A stretch of DNA of 64,000 nucleotides from Hemiscyllium ocellatum. Taxonomy: Eukaryota. The stretch's first letter is position 1. Every line of letters starts with the position of its first letter. Both the position numbers and the translations under genes were made by a program. Positions 1-11,454 of the stretch are shown piece after piece. The DNA lies in the NCBI RefSeq assembly GCF_020745735.1, contig NC_083417.1:72292001-72356000 (forward strand). The letters run 5' to 3'. The notes under the pieces are model-generated. The model was not told where the DNA came from. It saw only the letters and a list, made by a program, of their open reading frames with translations, and searched no databases.

Positions 1-35
1 ATGCCACGATAAATCCTCAAGATTTAATTTAAAAG

Positions 36-145
36 GATGAGCAATGGACAACTGAGAACAAGCTGACACATGCACAAGAGACTGGACATGATCGACAAGA
101 ACAGTAAAATTTAATGGAATGGGAGAGAGTACCGTCTATGCTCAG
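36..145 (+). pseudogene. R0 (upstream paralog): decayed cytoplasmic exon Cyt2 with fossil ITIM and TVYAQ motif
   Basis: aaaag|G acceptor at 35 and CAG|GTATAA donor at 145/146. 110 nt versus 111 nt for the R2 homolog (53750-53860). Ends GESTVYAQ (R2: GEPTIYAQ). Fossil ITIM reads L-T-H-A-Q-[GAGA insert 78-81]-L, with His (CAT 69-71) where Tyr is expected; frameshifted. Confidence 0.65.
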
Positions 146-237
146 GTATAATGGAGACTGGGAGACACATAAATAGCGGAACAAAGTTTTCTTGTCTTGC
201 AAGTGACAAATAGTCTGCTTCATATTCGTTTACACAG

Positions 238-393
238 ACCAAATACCAACTTCTTGATCAACGGCATTACACGTCTTTGAAAATGACAAATCCCAAGAAA
301 ATGACTGTACCTGAAATAAATAAAGCAGAAACGGCATTTACAGCCAAGAAGGACGAGTAAGTATGCCAAAAGACCAAAAACAAGCAATCATGA
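238..393 (+). pseudogene. R0 terminal cytoplasmic exon Cyt3, truncated (TKYQLLDQRHYTSLKMTNPKK...KKDE*, stop 358-360), followed by fossil EYAK
   Basis: Pyrimidine tract plus tacacag| acceptor, phase 0. Aligns with the R2 last exon (TK start, Tyr at codon 11, YTS[L/V]xxTNPxK). A tandem AGTA duplication (356-359/360-363) creates TAA just before GAG-TAT-GCC-AAA (EYAK). Confidence 0.7.
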
Positions 394-699
394 TCCGAAT
401 TTTCATCTGGAGCTTTCTGTACAAATCAGCTAGTTGTGCAGCTTCTCGCAAATGTCATTCCATAATACATTATCGTTGGCTGGAAACACAAATATGGTAC
501 CAAGACATGTGCATGCGCATTGAAGCAGGGGTGGCCCTTGGTTTCCTAAGCCTGCTTCGCCATTTGAGAAACTGATTGTGGACAGAACTCTACTTTTCTG
601 TAGAACCCCGATATCTTCCGATTCCCTTGTCAGTACAAAAATCCATTTAGTCAATTCTATGTCTGTCTGCACTGCTCACTAGGTTAGAATATCCCACAG

Positions 700-2420
700 G
701 CTAAGAAGTGTCCGAAAGAAAGAAAATATCTCCTCAAAAGCAATTTAAATATGAGATGCCTGATTTTATTTTTTTCTGGGCTGGCCAGGTTTACTCTCTC
801 CCATTTCCATATATAGAGAATAATCTCTCAGTCCGCTCAACTACAAGGACTACCTTAAAATCACCATTAATTCTTTTGACTTCCAACGGATACAGGGCCA
901 ACTTTCATGGAAGTCCACCTCTTCCTCCCAGGAATTAGTGAAGTGGACGTTCTTTAAACTCCATGTAATACAACTAAATGCTTTCTGCAACAATGAAACC
1001 CGAATTGTCTATTCATTGCATCAACAGCTTTCTAATACATTCCCCTTGTGAAAAAAAATGCTTTGGAATGTCATTTCGGAAAGGAAACTCTGCCATCGTT
1101 TCCAAGTCTGGCCTACATGTCACTCTAGATACAGAACAATACTGTTGGCTCTCAACTGCCTTCTCGGCACTGAAGATAAACAATAGGCTTGGCCTCGTCA
1201 GTGATACTGACATCCTGGGAATTAATATGCATATGTTTAAATCACCCTTTTCCCTCTTGTTTTGTCAGTATTTCTGGAATATTATTTGCCTATTTTTCAG
1301 TGAACGCAGTGGAAAAAGAAACATCCTTATAACATTTCCAACAGCTCTTATTTTCCAGAGTTACTGTATTACTCCTGAGTCACTCATTCCAGCGGATGTG
1401 CACGTTAAGCACCCATTTCCCCTTTTAAACATTTGATAATATCAAACTGTCTGTTTATACATTTCTAGACAGCTTTCTCTCATTCTCTAATTTCTTCGTT
1501 TTTTGAACAAAAATTTTCTATCCTAATGAGTTAACTCTACTCTTTCCAGTATATTTTTTCTTTTAACTTGATGTTTACCTGGGTTAACTAAGGGTTGTGC
1601 AACATTTTCTTTAGTGTTGTTCTTTTAGAAAGGCATTTCTCGATACCGTTGTATCTACCTTTATTTGCCTGGAGACATTAATTGTAAACATGTATTTATG
1701 ACACTCTGACAACGTGAAATTCAGTCGTGATGTAATTGCTGTAACTTTCTGTGTCCTACATTCTTTTAGTCATTGATTACCCAAGTTTCCTGCGCATTAC
1801 AATGTCTAGAAGAATTTGCTGTCTGGTTATCTCTGAAATGTAAGTATGAAATCATCTGCCTGGATAACTAATACAGATCCGACTTATCTGCTCGATATGA
1901 TGATTGACAATCATTTCTTTTATAAGTCTCTTCTTTTCCTTTCTGCCTCTAGAATAGTGTACTTAGTGCGCCCACAAATTTCTACAACGTGGCTTCTTGC
2001 ATTTTCTACTTCATCTCTTCACTCATGCTGTTTCCAAATCTTGAACTTTCAGACTGCTATAATCTCTTACTTGAACAAATATAATCTTCATTTTTCAGAG
2101 CTATTGCATCATCTTTGGCTATCTTCCTGTCTTTTCCAAAATATTGTGTACTCTTGATTATGTTTTCTGCTTTATAACATGCTGTCTAGTTATCGTGCTA
2201 TTTTCATCTCTCATACCGGAGCAGTAGATATTTGTGACTCAGTGTCCAAAATCATAATTATTCAAAATGTCTACATCCCGGAGTCCAACTGTTTGCCTCT
2301 GTTTGTCTGGTCGCCTCTACCTTAGCTGCACATCCAGTTTATTATCCAGTTCCTACTTCCTCCCCGTATCCAATGATCCCATAAGAACTACACCTGCATC
2401 TTCCTGAAAGCCTTTAAAAT
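700..2420 (-). mobile_element. Degenerate L1/Tx1-like LINE ORF2 fragment
   Basis: Minus-strand translation LLFIFSAEKAV resembles the RT motif LLSLDAEKAFD. Many stops and frameshifts; boundaries approximate. Confidence 0.5.
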
Positions 2421-2459
2421 TTTAGCCTCAAAGTTCCCATATAAGTAACAATTGACAGG

Positions 2460-2600
2460 TAAGTAACAAACAAAGATAGTGCTCAAGAATCTCAGCATAT
2501 TTGGCAGCATTTGTGGAAAGAGAAAGAAATAGAGTTAACATTTCCTGTCCACTATGATTGATCTTCAGAGCAGGCAAGTTACTCAGAGCTCTCTGAATCC
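2460..2600. repeat. Penelope-like terminal-repeat fragment
   Basis: ctcagcatatttggcagcatttgtggaaagaga...gagttaaca resembles the copies at about 43860 and 44300. Confidence 0.4.
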
Positions 2601-2679
2601 ATGACTATAATTCAGATTGTGAACTATTTCAAAGGACTCCAGGCACCAGGTGACATCCTACCAGAAATGTGGATATTGC

Positions 2680-3145
2680 CAGGGTTGGGCTGAACAGGGA
2701 GATGGAGAGGCTGAACAGGCTGGGGCTTTTTTCCCCAAGAGCATTAGAGGCTGAGGGGTGATATTATAAAGATTTACAAAGTTATCAGGGACATGAATAG
2801 GATAAATGGACAAAATATTTTATCCCTGGGATGGGGGAGCCCAGAACTAGAGGGCATAGGTTTAGGGTGAGAGGGGAAAGATATGGAAAAAAATCTAAAG
2901 GGCAAGTTTTCCACGCAGAAGGTGATAAGTGTATGGAATCAGCTGCCAGAGGAAGGGGCGGGGGGGGGGGGGGTGGAGGCTGGTACAATTGCAGCATTTA
3001 AAAGGCATTTGTATGGGTACATGAATAGGAAGGGTTTGGAGGGATATGGGCTAGTGCTGGCAGGTGGGACGAGTTTGGGTTGGGGTAATAGGTTGGATCG
3101 AAGGGTCTGTTTCAGTGAGGCACATCTGTATGACTCTATGAATAA
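2680..3145 (+). mobile_element. CR1 LINE 3' fragment (with G14 run at 2960-2973)
   Basis: RT C-terminal remnant (FSTQKVISVWNQLPEE...TIAAFKRHL) plus the typical CR1 3' tail. Confidence 0.85.
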
Positions 3146-4349
3146 GTAACTCATCAGTCAGTCACGTTTGCAGGCATCCTGCTTGGACCCAGACTCCGAG
3201 TATCCAGAGACTGGAACAACTGAGCTTCGTGCAAATTCCCAGTGGTTGTTATTTTGTTGGAGAATGAATAAATGTCACTTATACGTGCTAATATGATGCT
3301 TTCTTTTTCCTGTACATCTTAGTACAGCATATTGATCATTAAATTGGACAGCCACCAAAGGTGAACCTGGTGAAAGAAGTATTTCTTAGATACTAGAAAA
3401 CCAATTATTTCTTCAAATATTCTTCAAATAACAAAAACTTATTTGTTTACTGGAAACTACTTTCTGCATTTCTAATTAGTTAACAAATACCCTGCATGCT
3501 GATATGCAGGCACACATGGAAGTTAAAGTCACTCCATCAAGGTAATCTGACATCTGTGGTAACTGATAGCTGTGGATTGATTTGTCATTTTGCTGGCATG
3601 GAGCCATCTACATGCCAGTGGATTGTGTAACATGTCTCATTCAACTGAGTGTATAGGCAAGTTGAAATGCTCTCCAGCTAAGCTCAACGCATGAAACATG
3701 GATTCCTTTATGAACATACTTGTTTAATTTATGAATACTCTTACTGAGCATCCACGCTTTTTTGGAAGTTTTAGATTTCAATTATTCACATATCTTTTCA
3801 TTGAACTGCGGAGTTGCTGCCTCTCTTTCCACTCGCAGATTATGAAATGATCTGACCACCAGAGCAGCAACCACATTTCTGCAGTCAATCCTGTCACATT
3901 TATTGCTTGAGGAAAAAGAACAAACCACACGCATGACAGGAGTAGGAGACGCCATGCTTTTAACAGTGGAGTAAAATTATGATTCAAAGCCCATGGCTTA
4001 AAAGAAATTTTAAATTTCAACAATTTACAGGAATGCCACGCATTGCTGCAACATTACAACAGCCGATAAGATCACACATCACAGACATAATGCTGAAGCC
4101 AAATTCACTCGGTCCACGTGACCTCCGATAGTAGAAGATATGTTGATTATAAAACACAGCTCGCGTATATTAATTCTCAGCTGGAGAATTTAAATTTGAT
4201 TGCTCTCGAAGACTATCTTGGCTTGGCTTACATACATGGCAGGTGTCTTCCCGAATATGATTTCGTGCAATTCACGACTTTTTTTAATTCAATATGTGTA
4301 TCACTGATCACATTATTTATTACTCTCAGTTAGTTGGCCTTAAGAAACT

Positions 4350-4790
4350 GGAAATGAACTGTTGCCAGTATGCAAAGCTTAAGTTGTCAAGAAAGGCTGG
4401 ACAGGCTGGGTCCTTTTTCACTGGAGCATAGGCAGTTGAGAAATGACCTTGTAAAAATTTGTAAAATAATGAAGGTTTACATGGATTTAATTATTGTTGT
4501 CTTTTTTCCTCGGCAGGAAAACTAAGAGGCACATTTTTAAGATGAGAGGAGAAAGATTTTAAAAAGACATAAGGAGAAACTTTCTACACAGAGGGTGGTT
4601 CGTGTGTGGAACGAGTTTCCTGAGGAAGTGGTGGTGTGGGTACAATTACAATGTTTAAAAGACATTTGGATAAGTACCTAAATAAGAAAGGTATATATGA
4701 ACATGTGCTGGGAGCAGACAGATACCGCCAGTTTAGTTAGGGACTACGTTCAGCATGGACTGGTTGGATCAAAGGGTATGTATGACTCCA
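4350..4790 (+). mobile_element. CR1 LINE 3' fragment
   Basis: Same RT C-terminus and 3' tail as the other CR1 copies. Confidence 0.8.
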
Positions 4791-6584
4791 TGGTGCAGTC
4801 AATGTAGTTTAGGTCCATCCAATGCGCTGCTAGGAAGGGGATAGTAATTTGGATCCAGGAGCAACTCAGAAGATTACTATTTTAATGTGGGGTGATTATA
4901 TCATGACTGAGGAATGTCTGCCTTCTAACCAAGGAGTACAATTGCATAGTTTTATGGAACATTCCCATTTACCATCACCTGGATGACAACAGCTGCAGCA
5001 GAATTCTGGAGATGGTATTGTCCAGGACAAAATAACACATTTGATCAGCAAATATATTCTCTTAAATTATCAGAGCATTTCAGAAGGAAACACCTAATTT
5101 AGATAGTCATTAATAAGGATTCACAAAGACAAGTGAATGAATGTGTATAACACGTATTCATGGTGAACCTGTTATAGCATTAAAATGAAAACCTTCATAT
5201 CACAGTAAACACGCTTTTGAACATCTCTGTGTAAAATGGATCAGAGCAAATTGAAACAATTTCTGATTCACAATTTCATAGTTGTTCTAGAATCCTTGTA
5301 CTGCCATGGAATTGATGGTTGCTCGAGACAGAAAATACTCAATATGGTTTCCTCGTGATGAGACACTGTCTTGACAAAATGAACGCGGAACATTGGAAAG
5401 AAGGTTGCAGAAGTCCCAGAACAATTAGGGGAAAACAAATCATTCAATAATCAGCTTGTATGTCACATCAATTAAAGAAACAAAGTCACAAATTACAAGA
5501 ATTTGATTTCTATTTTAACATACTAAAACAACTAACTCAGCACACATCTCAATTTTAAATTTGTGATCAATATCAGTTATTTGATAACTCCTGGAATGTT
5601 GTTTACACCAATCTGGTGTTTTTGTAGCCCTTCATAATGGTGTAAATGCCTTCATTCTGTAGTTAGTGGAAAAAAGGTCAAGAGTCATTGAGAATAGGTT
5701 GAGAGAAATGCTGTCAAAGACATGATGCTGATAATTAGAGACTTAAAAAGTAACAAGAAATGGAATTTTAGCAGATTAATCTGACGTTGCTGCTCAATAC
5801 TTGACGATACAGCAGTGAGAGGTTTATCATTGTGACCCGAATTTCTGCTTGCAATACCGGGTTTAGCAGTAGTTTTGCCTCCCTGTCTATCTAATTGCTA
5901 CAACTACAGTGGGCTGTTTCTTTAAAAAAAATGTTTAAAATGTGTACGATACTGAAAACCTCAAACAATTGGCTGTGCCAGCCAGACAAGCAGCCAACAA
6001 ATCAAACCATACTATGGAGGATTTAGTGCAAAGCATTGCAGATTGCAGCACTTCAAGTGCCCATCAAAACAGAAATAACTTGTGATAGAGTCAAAGTTGT
6101 CTGCTTATCGTATTCTTTCAGGCCAGAGATTCTAGATAGCCACCACACTCTAGGTTAAACTGTTTCAACATCTCCCTGTTAAGTGTTTCCGTCAATCTCT
6201 TTAAACCTATAACCATCAATCACTGACCACAAACTGAAGGCTAAGGACCTCTTCCGCATCGATAATGTCTCAGCCCATCTCAGTTTTGTGCATCCCAATT
6301 TCAGTGGCAAATGTATCAGCCCATCCAATCATTCTTCAGCCACAATTGTAAGTCCCGACAAAATCGTGACCCTCTCTGAGGTCATCAATATTTGTGGCAG
6401 TTCCGGTTACAAAACAGCGAATCTTATTTGAAAAGGCATGCTTATTTTCAGCTAACAAATAGTCATGTGCTCAAGGACTCACATATACGTATAAGAGTAA
6501 ATTAGAGGGAGAGAAGAGCACTTAAGAGCATTTGTCTATCCTGATCTCACTCACAACGGATGGTCTCAGATTTTTCTTACCATT

Positions 6585-6639
6585 ATGTCGAAGTGTCATT
6601 CACTATGGAGTGTCTGTCTGCTGTGTATCTTGCGTGCAG
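6585..6639 (+). CDS. R1 exon 1: leader (MSKCHSLWSVCLLCILRA)
   Basis: ATG at 6585, hydrophobic 18 aa, CAG|GTAC phase-1 donor. Same 55-nt length as the R2 leader. Confidence 0.8.
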
Positions 6640-6956
6640 GTACACATTTTTTATGGTGTGTATTAGCTGTTCATAATCAAGAAACAATGTGAACTTAAGG
6701 TTAGTTCAGATGAAAAAAGGATACATTGTATTATTGTTGTCTTTTTGTCAAGTCAAATATTCACAGAACTCATTTAGTGTGTTTGTGGGAAGAAATTATG
6801 GCATACAACTAGGACAATGCTTTAAAAAGTGGAGAATTAGTCGAACAACAAAATATGGTAAATTGCTCTTGCATCAATAGCCTGGAATGATGATGTTATT
6901 TGAGTGGTGAAGACCGTTTTTCTTGTTTAATCTCGGTGTGTGTCCTTGGTTGACAG

Positions 6957-7271
6957 CAGCAGCTGGGGGTATTTCGGCCAAAGTGAATCCGGATCTAAAA
7001 CAAATAACGGTGCAGAGAGGTTCAACAGCTATCATGCTATGTCCTTTCTCCTACCAAATCAACTATTCAAATGTTATCGCTTACTGGTGGAGAGAAGGTG
7101 ATAAGACCTTTCTACAGGAGGATAGAAGAAAGTTCTTCCATATAGTTAAAGGAGCAGCCTATCTTAAACTTCTGAATGTTACTGTCCAGGATGCTGGAAC
7201 ATATATCTGTGCAGTCAAGTCCGAACAGCGAACAATTGGGAAAGGAACTGCTGTGCAACTTACTGTATATG
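6957..7271 (+). CDS. R1 exon 2: Ig V domain with germline-joined J segment
   Basis: Phase 1-1, 315 nt, ttgacag| acceptor and G|GTAAGT donor. Has C(MLC), W(AYWWR), DAGTYIC and the J motif IGKGTAVQLTV. Confidence 0.95.
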
Positions 7272-7459
7272 GTAAGTGTCAGATAAACACAGAGACGTCG
7301 CTCCTGAGAAAAGCAAGTAATGTTTATTAGATTAAGGCATATTGTGTGACATATTTTGATTTATTTAAAATGAAATATATTCAAAAATATTGAAACCGTA
7401 GAAAACCAGTGACATTACAAAGTTTCTGATCTGCTCAGTATTTATAACAAAAAATCCCT

Positions 7460-8230
7460 TCGGGGACATGGGCGTTGCTGGTTGATCCAGCATTTATTGC
7501 CTGTCCCTAGTTGTTCTTGACAAAGTGGTGGGGAACTGCATAGAATCACTGCAATCGATGAGCTGTAAATAACCCAAAATGCCATTTTGGAAAAATTTAC
7601 AAAATTTTGACCCAGTGACAGTGAAAGAACAGTGATGTGTTTCCATGTCAGGATGTTGAGTTACTTGGGAGAGACTTGTAGCTGGTGGTGTTCTCATGAA
7701 CTGCTATCCTTGCCCTTCTAGATGTTAGTGATTGTGCGTTGTGTACGTATTTTCTCAGGATCCTTGTTGAATTTCTGCAGTACACCTTGATGGTACACAT
7801 TGTTGCTTCTGAATGTCTGTGGTGGAGTAATTGCATGTGGTGTCAATAAAATGGGCAGCTTTTTACCCAGATGGCGTTAAACTTCTTGAGTGCTTCTGGA
7901 CCTGCAGCATACAGGCAAGTGGGAAGCATTCCAACACACCGCTGACTTGTAGCTTGTAAATGCTGGACAGACTTTGGGGAGTCAGCAGTTGAGTTACTTC
8001 CTGTAGTATTCCAAGTCTCCAACCCATGGTTCAATTTATATGGCTCACCCAGTTCAGTTTCTGCTCAGTGGTAACCCCCAAAATGTCAATAGTTGGAGAT
8101 TCACTAATAGCGATTCCACCAAATGTCAAGAGGTGATAGATAGATCGTCTGTTCTTGGAAATGGTGTTTGCCTGGCATTTGCATGAATGTAACTTCCAAC
8201 TTTTCAGCCCAAACCCAGTTCTTGCTGCAT
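7460..8230 (-). mobile_element. CR1-group (L2/Crack/Daphne-like) LINE 3' fragment in the R1 V-C1 intron
   Basis: Same family as 36240-38830 and 46150-46480 (cagcatttattgcc tail, RT C-terminal remnant on the minus strand). Exact clade uncertain. Confidence 0.7.
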
Positions 8231-8729
8231 TTGGTCATGGGTTGGTTCCGGTTTTTTTGCAATTAGCTTTTGCAGAGAAATTCATTGGAATACTTTAATG
8301 TATTTTGTTTTGCATTTGAACACAGAGGGACAGGATGAATATCTGCAAAATTATGCATTTTTGACGACCCTTAGCTCACGAGAACAGCTAAATCGTCAGT
8401 CCCATCACTTGAATGGTTTTACCTAAATTCCCAGTATCGAGGTCAAATTCGTCATTGTGTTTGTAAAGAAAGGTGCATTTTGATGATCCTATCCTAATTT
8501 TATTTTAAGTCAGGACAAAGTCTGAAAACTCATTTTTCTATAAGCGCAGAGGCATATTAAAAGGATTTTGGGATTTTTAAATGTGAAACATGTGACATTT
8601 TCGTGCACTATTCGTAACAGCAATTAATGCAACTGGTGTGCTGGAAGTATGTTGTTTTGGTCACTTTAAAATACATTTTTGTAGAAGATGAAAAGTTGCT
8701 TTGTCTAATTTGAGTTATTTTCTATTCAG

Positions 8730-9035
8730 CTTCACCAGCTCCTTTGAAAATTGTTTTTGTGCTATCTGAAGACCATTTTGCTGCTTCTCTCAGACTCCAG
8801 TGCAGGACATCTTACTTTTACCCAAAAGCCTTTAACCTTACTTGGCACAAAAATGGGAGAAACATCTTGACAGGATTTAGGAATGAACAGCAGGCAAAAA
8901 CTGGGGATCTTTATGAAGTCATCAGTTCCTTAGAATTGCAGGAGGCCGTTCAAAGTGGTACAGTCTATATGTGTCAAATATATCATGTTTCAAGCTCATT
9001 TCCTGCAAATGCCAGCTACACTATTACGAATAAAG
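8730..9035 (+). CDS. R1 exon 3: Ig C1-set domain
   Basis: Phase 1-1, 306 nt, tctattcag| acceptor and G|GTAAC donor. LQCRTSYFYP, LTWHKNG and VYMCQIYH are C1-set hallmarks. Confidence 0.95.
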
Positions 9036-9889
9036 GTAACATTTTATAATATGTGGTAATTAAATGCTCATATATGTTTCAGAATGGATAAATAAATAGG
9101 AATTGGTTATGAAAGTTATTTTATGTGATTATGTCAAAGTCAAGATTTGGCCCCATTTAATGAATTAAAGTTTACTTCCTTTGTGTTTTTTGAAACCGAT
9201 ATGTAGTTCTCACACGTGACATCACCAGAACTAGTTAACATAGGTCACATACTTCTTTTTATGTATAGGCTGAATATTCGCAAAGGACTGAAAGGTCAAT
9301 GTTAATTCTTGAAAAAGAATGCATAATATCGAATTTACGTTTTCCATGTACCTCCAATCATCCGGTAGTTTAGCTTATTTTCCCAATCATCAGAGTGCCA
9401 CATTCGTGATTAAATACGCAACATAGATACATAGCTGATTGGATCGTAGCTGCAGAGATTATAATTATTTTAACTGAACTTTACCTCCACGAACAACTCA
9501 AGCAAAGCTGAAAACAGGTTCCATTTTATTTTTTCTGACTTTGATCTGCATGCAATCCAATCAAACTCCCAGCAAATAGTATATTATTTTGCGACATAGG
9601 TTAGAGAACTGAGCACTTATTGTAATTAGCTCTATTTCCATTAATTTTAAATTTGTCATTACTTGAGACACTTCTATCATATACCTATTGCTTTAAATTC
9701 CAGATATTTGTTTCCAGCTGCATATTCGTTAAATAAAGTGACAACAACATTGAAATGCACAACATTTATGTAATATATTTATCATTTGCGCACGGCAGTA
9801 TAATTGAGAATGATCCTTATGACATTTAAACATGTGTATCTTCACTTTATAGTGCAATTTTTAATTTTTAATTTATATTAACGTTACAG

Positions 9890-10003
9890 ATTTTGCCTCA
9901 AAAATCAGTGTTCCAATGGTGGTTGGTTGCGCTTTACGTGCACTTGCAATTCTAATATTGACCGTGATGATTGGCAAGGGTTTTCTGTTCTTTAAATCCA
10001 AAG
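9890..10003 (+). CDS. R1 exon 4: transmembrane exon with Arg (VPMVVGCALRALAILILTVMIG)
   Basis: Phase 1-1, 114 nt, gttacag| acceptor and G|GTATGA donor. Hydrophobic stretch with Arg codon CGT at 9937-9939. Confidence 0.9.
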
Positions 10004-10400
10004 GTATGAGCAGAAATGAAATGTCTCATTTAAATCAATATAACTGGGACCTGAATCTCTGAACTTCACAATTTAAACAAATATTTTATGAACAACCTCT
10101 TTCAAACATATACCCGGATTCACATCAAATATAAAATAAGAACATAAATAAAATAGTTTGCTAAGTTGTATTGATGTAGATTAGAATTGTGATCGTGAAA
10201 CACATTGCTGAAAGAAATTTCCATTGCTTCAACCCTCAAGGCATAAATTCAAAGCAGCTATGCGTAATGTCTCAACCTACATTGCGAAACTGTTATATCC
10301 TGTTTACAATTGCCAAATAGTAGTCGAATTGCTCTTGGCTTCTAATGAGTCCAATTCTCATCCTTTTTTGTTGTCGACTCATGTTAATTTTATTTCTCAG

Positions 10401-10441
10401 GAAGGCAAGAGAAAAAAATAATTAAATCCAACTCAGCATGA
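10401..10441 (+). CDS. R1 exon 5: short cytoplasmic tail GRQEKKIIKSNSA* (no Tyr motif)
   Basis: tttctcag| acceptor, phase 1, TGA at 10439-10441. The alternative AG at 10403-10404 gives GKRKK*. GTGAGA donor at 10449; AATAAA at 10600. Total CDS 831 nt = 276 aa. Confidence 0.7.
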
Positions 10442-10986
10442 AGATGTGGTGAGACAAACTTCTTTTATTCTGTCTATTTTGATTTTGAAGTTAAGTTGAA
10501 CAATTTAAACTGGGAACACTGTATATGTAAAATATGTCAAGACATGTCTTGAAGATTTCATTGGCTCTCAAAATCACAATTTCAGCTGAATAATAACAAA
10601 ATAAAGAAAATAGAAAATAGTAGCAAGATTAACAAACGGTTGCAACTATTTTAAATAGTCAAACATGTTTATAAACATGCAACCTGTATTAGTTAAATTG
10701 TGCTGATATTTATAATTATGAATAATAGATTTGAATCAATAGATTTGAAATGTTTCTTTTCTTTCGTACTAAACAAATGACAATGTGCTGAATAATTGTG
10801 TCATGTTGCTAACAGACATAACATTGCACTGGCTATTTTGAATGATAGGTTTCATGGTGCAAATAGAGATGATTGTTCTCACCTTCATTTCTATACTGTT
10901 CAAAATTAACGCACCTATTAGGCTGAGTTCGATGATTGCCTGTACCAAAGAACTGAACATACTATGCAGAGTTGAAAAGGGGGCCA

Positions 10987-11134
10987 CTGGAAAAGCTTAG
11001 CAGGTCAGGCAGCATCTGAGGAGTAGGTGTTTCGGACATGTTCCCTTCATCAAGAATGATAAAAGGCCTTATATCTGAACCTTTAACCCTCCTGCTCCTC
11101 GAATGCTGCCTGACCTGCGGTCCTTTTCCAGCGC
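10987..11134. repeat. Old palindromic Penelope-derived element (hairpin)
   Basis: ctggaaaag...gcaggtcaggcagcat pairs with atgctgcctgacctgc...cttttccag. Same family as 46945-47147. Confidence 0.7.
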
Positions 11135-11454
11135 CATCATTTTCAACTCCGACTCCATCGCATCTAGTACCTGGAACTTCCTCCTTGACAACACTGCACC
11201 TAAATTACCTGGACAGTAGTAAGCCAAGAAGTTGGTTTGCTATGGATTCTTAACGGTAAGCAGTTATTGGCACCAAATGCTGACCTTGTCACTGAGGCTC
11301 ACATCCCAGAAAAATTGGAGATCGTGTAGAATACACCCACTTCTCTACTGTATGTACAGCAAAAATTTGCTTCCTTTCTTGGTGGACGTCAGAAAACCCG
11401 GACAAAGTCTTTACCCACATCTTTCTGTGAAATATCGCAGCTGCACTGTTGTCG

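Noticed and set aside
244-279. ITAM in the R0 tail (YQLL...YTSL)
   Set aside because: The spacer is only 4 residues (an ITAM needs about 6-8 or more), and the surrounding exons are decayed.
978-1436. 152-aa + strand ORF as a gene
   Set aside because: It is antisense to the L1/Tx1-like RT remnant and has no recognisable domain.
2955-2973. G-run as a functional G-quadruplex
   Set aside because: A simple homopolymer expansion inside a dead CR1; homopolymer length is also error-prone.
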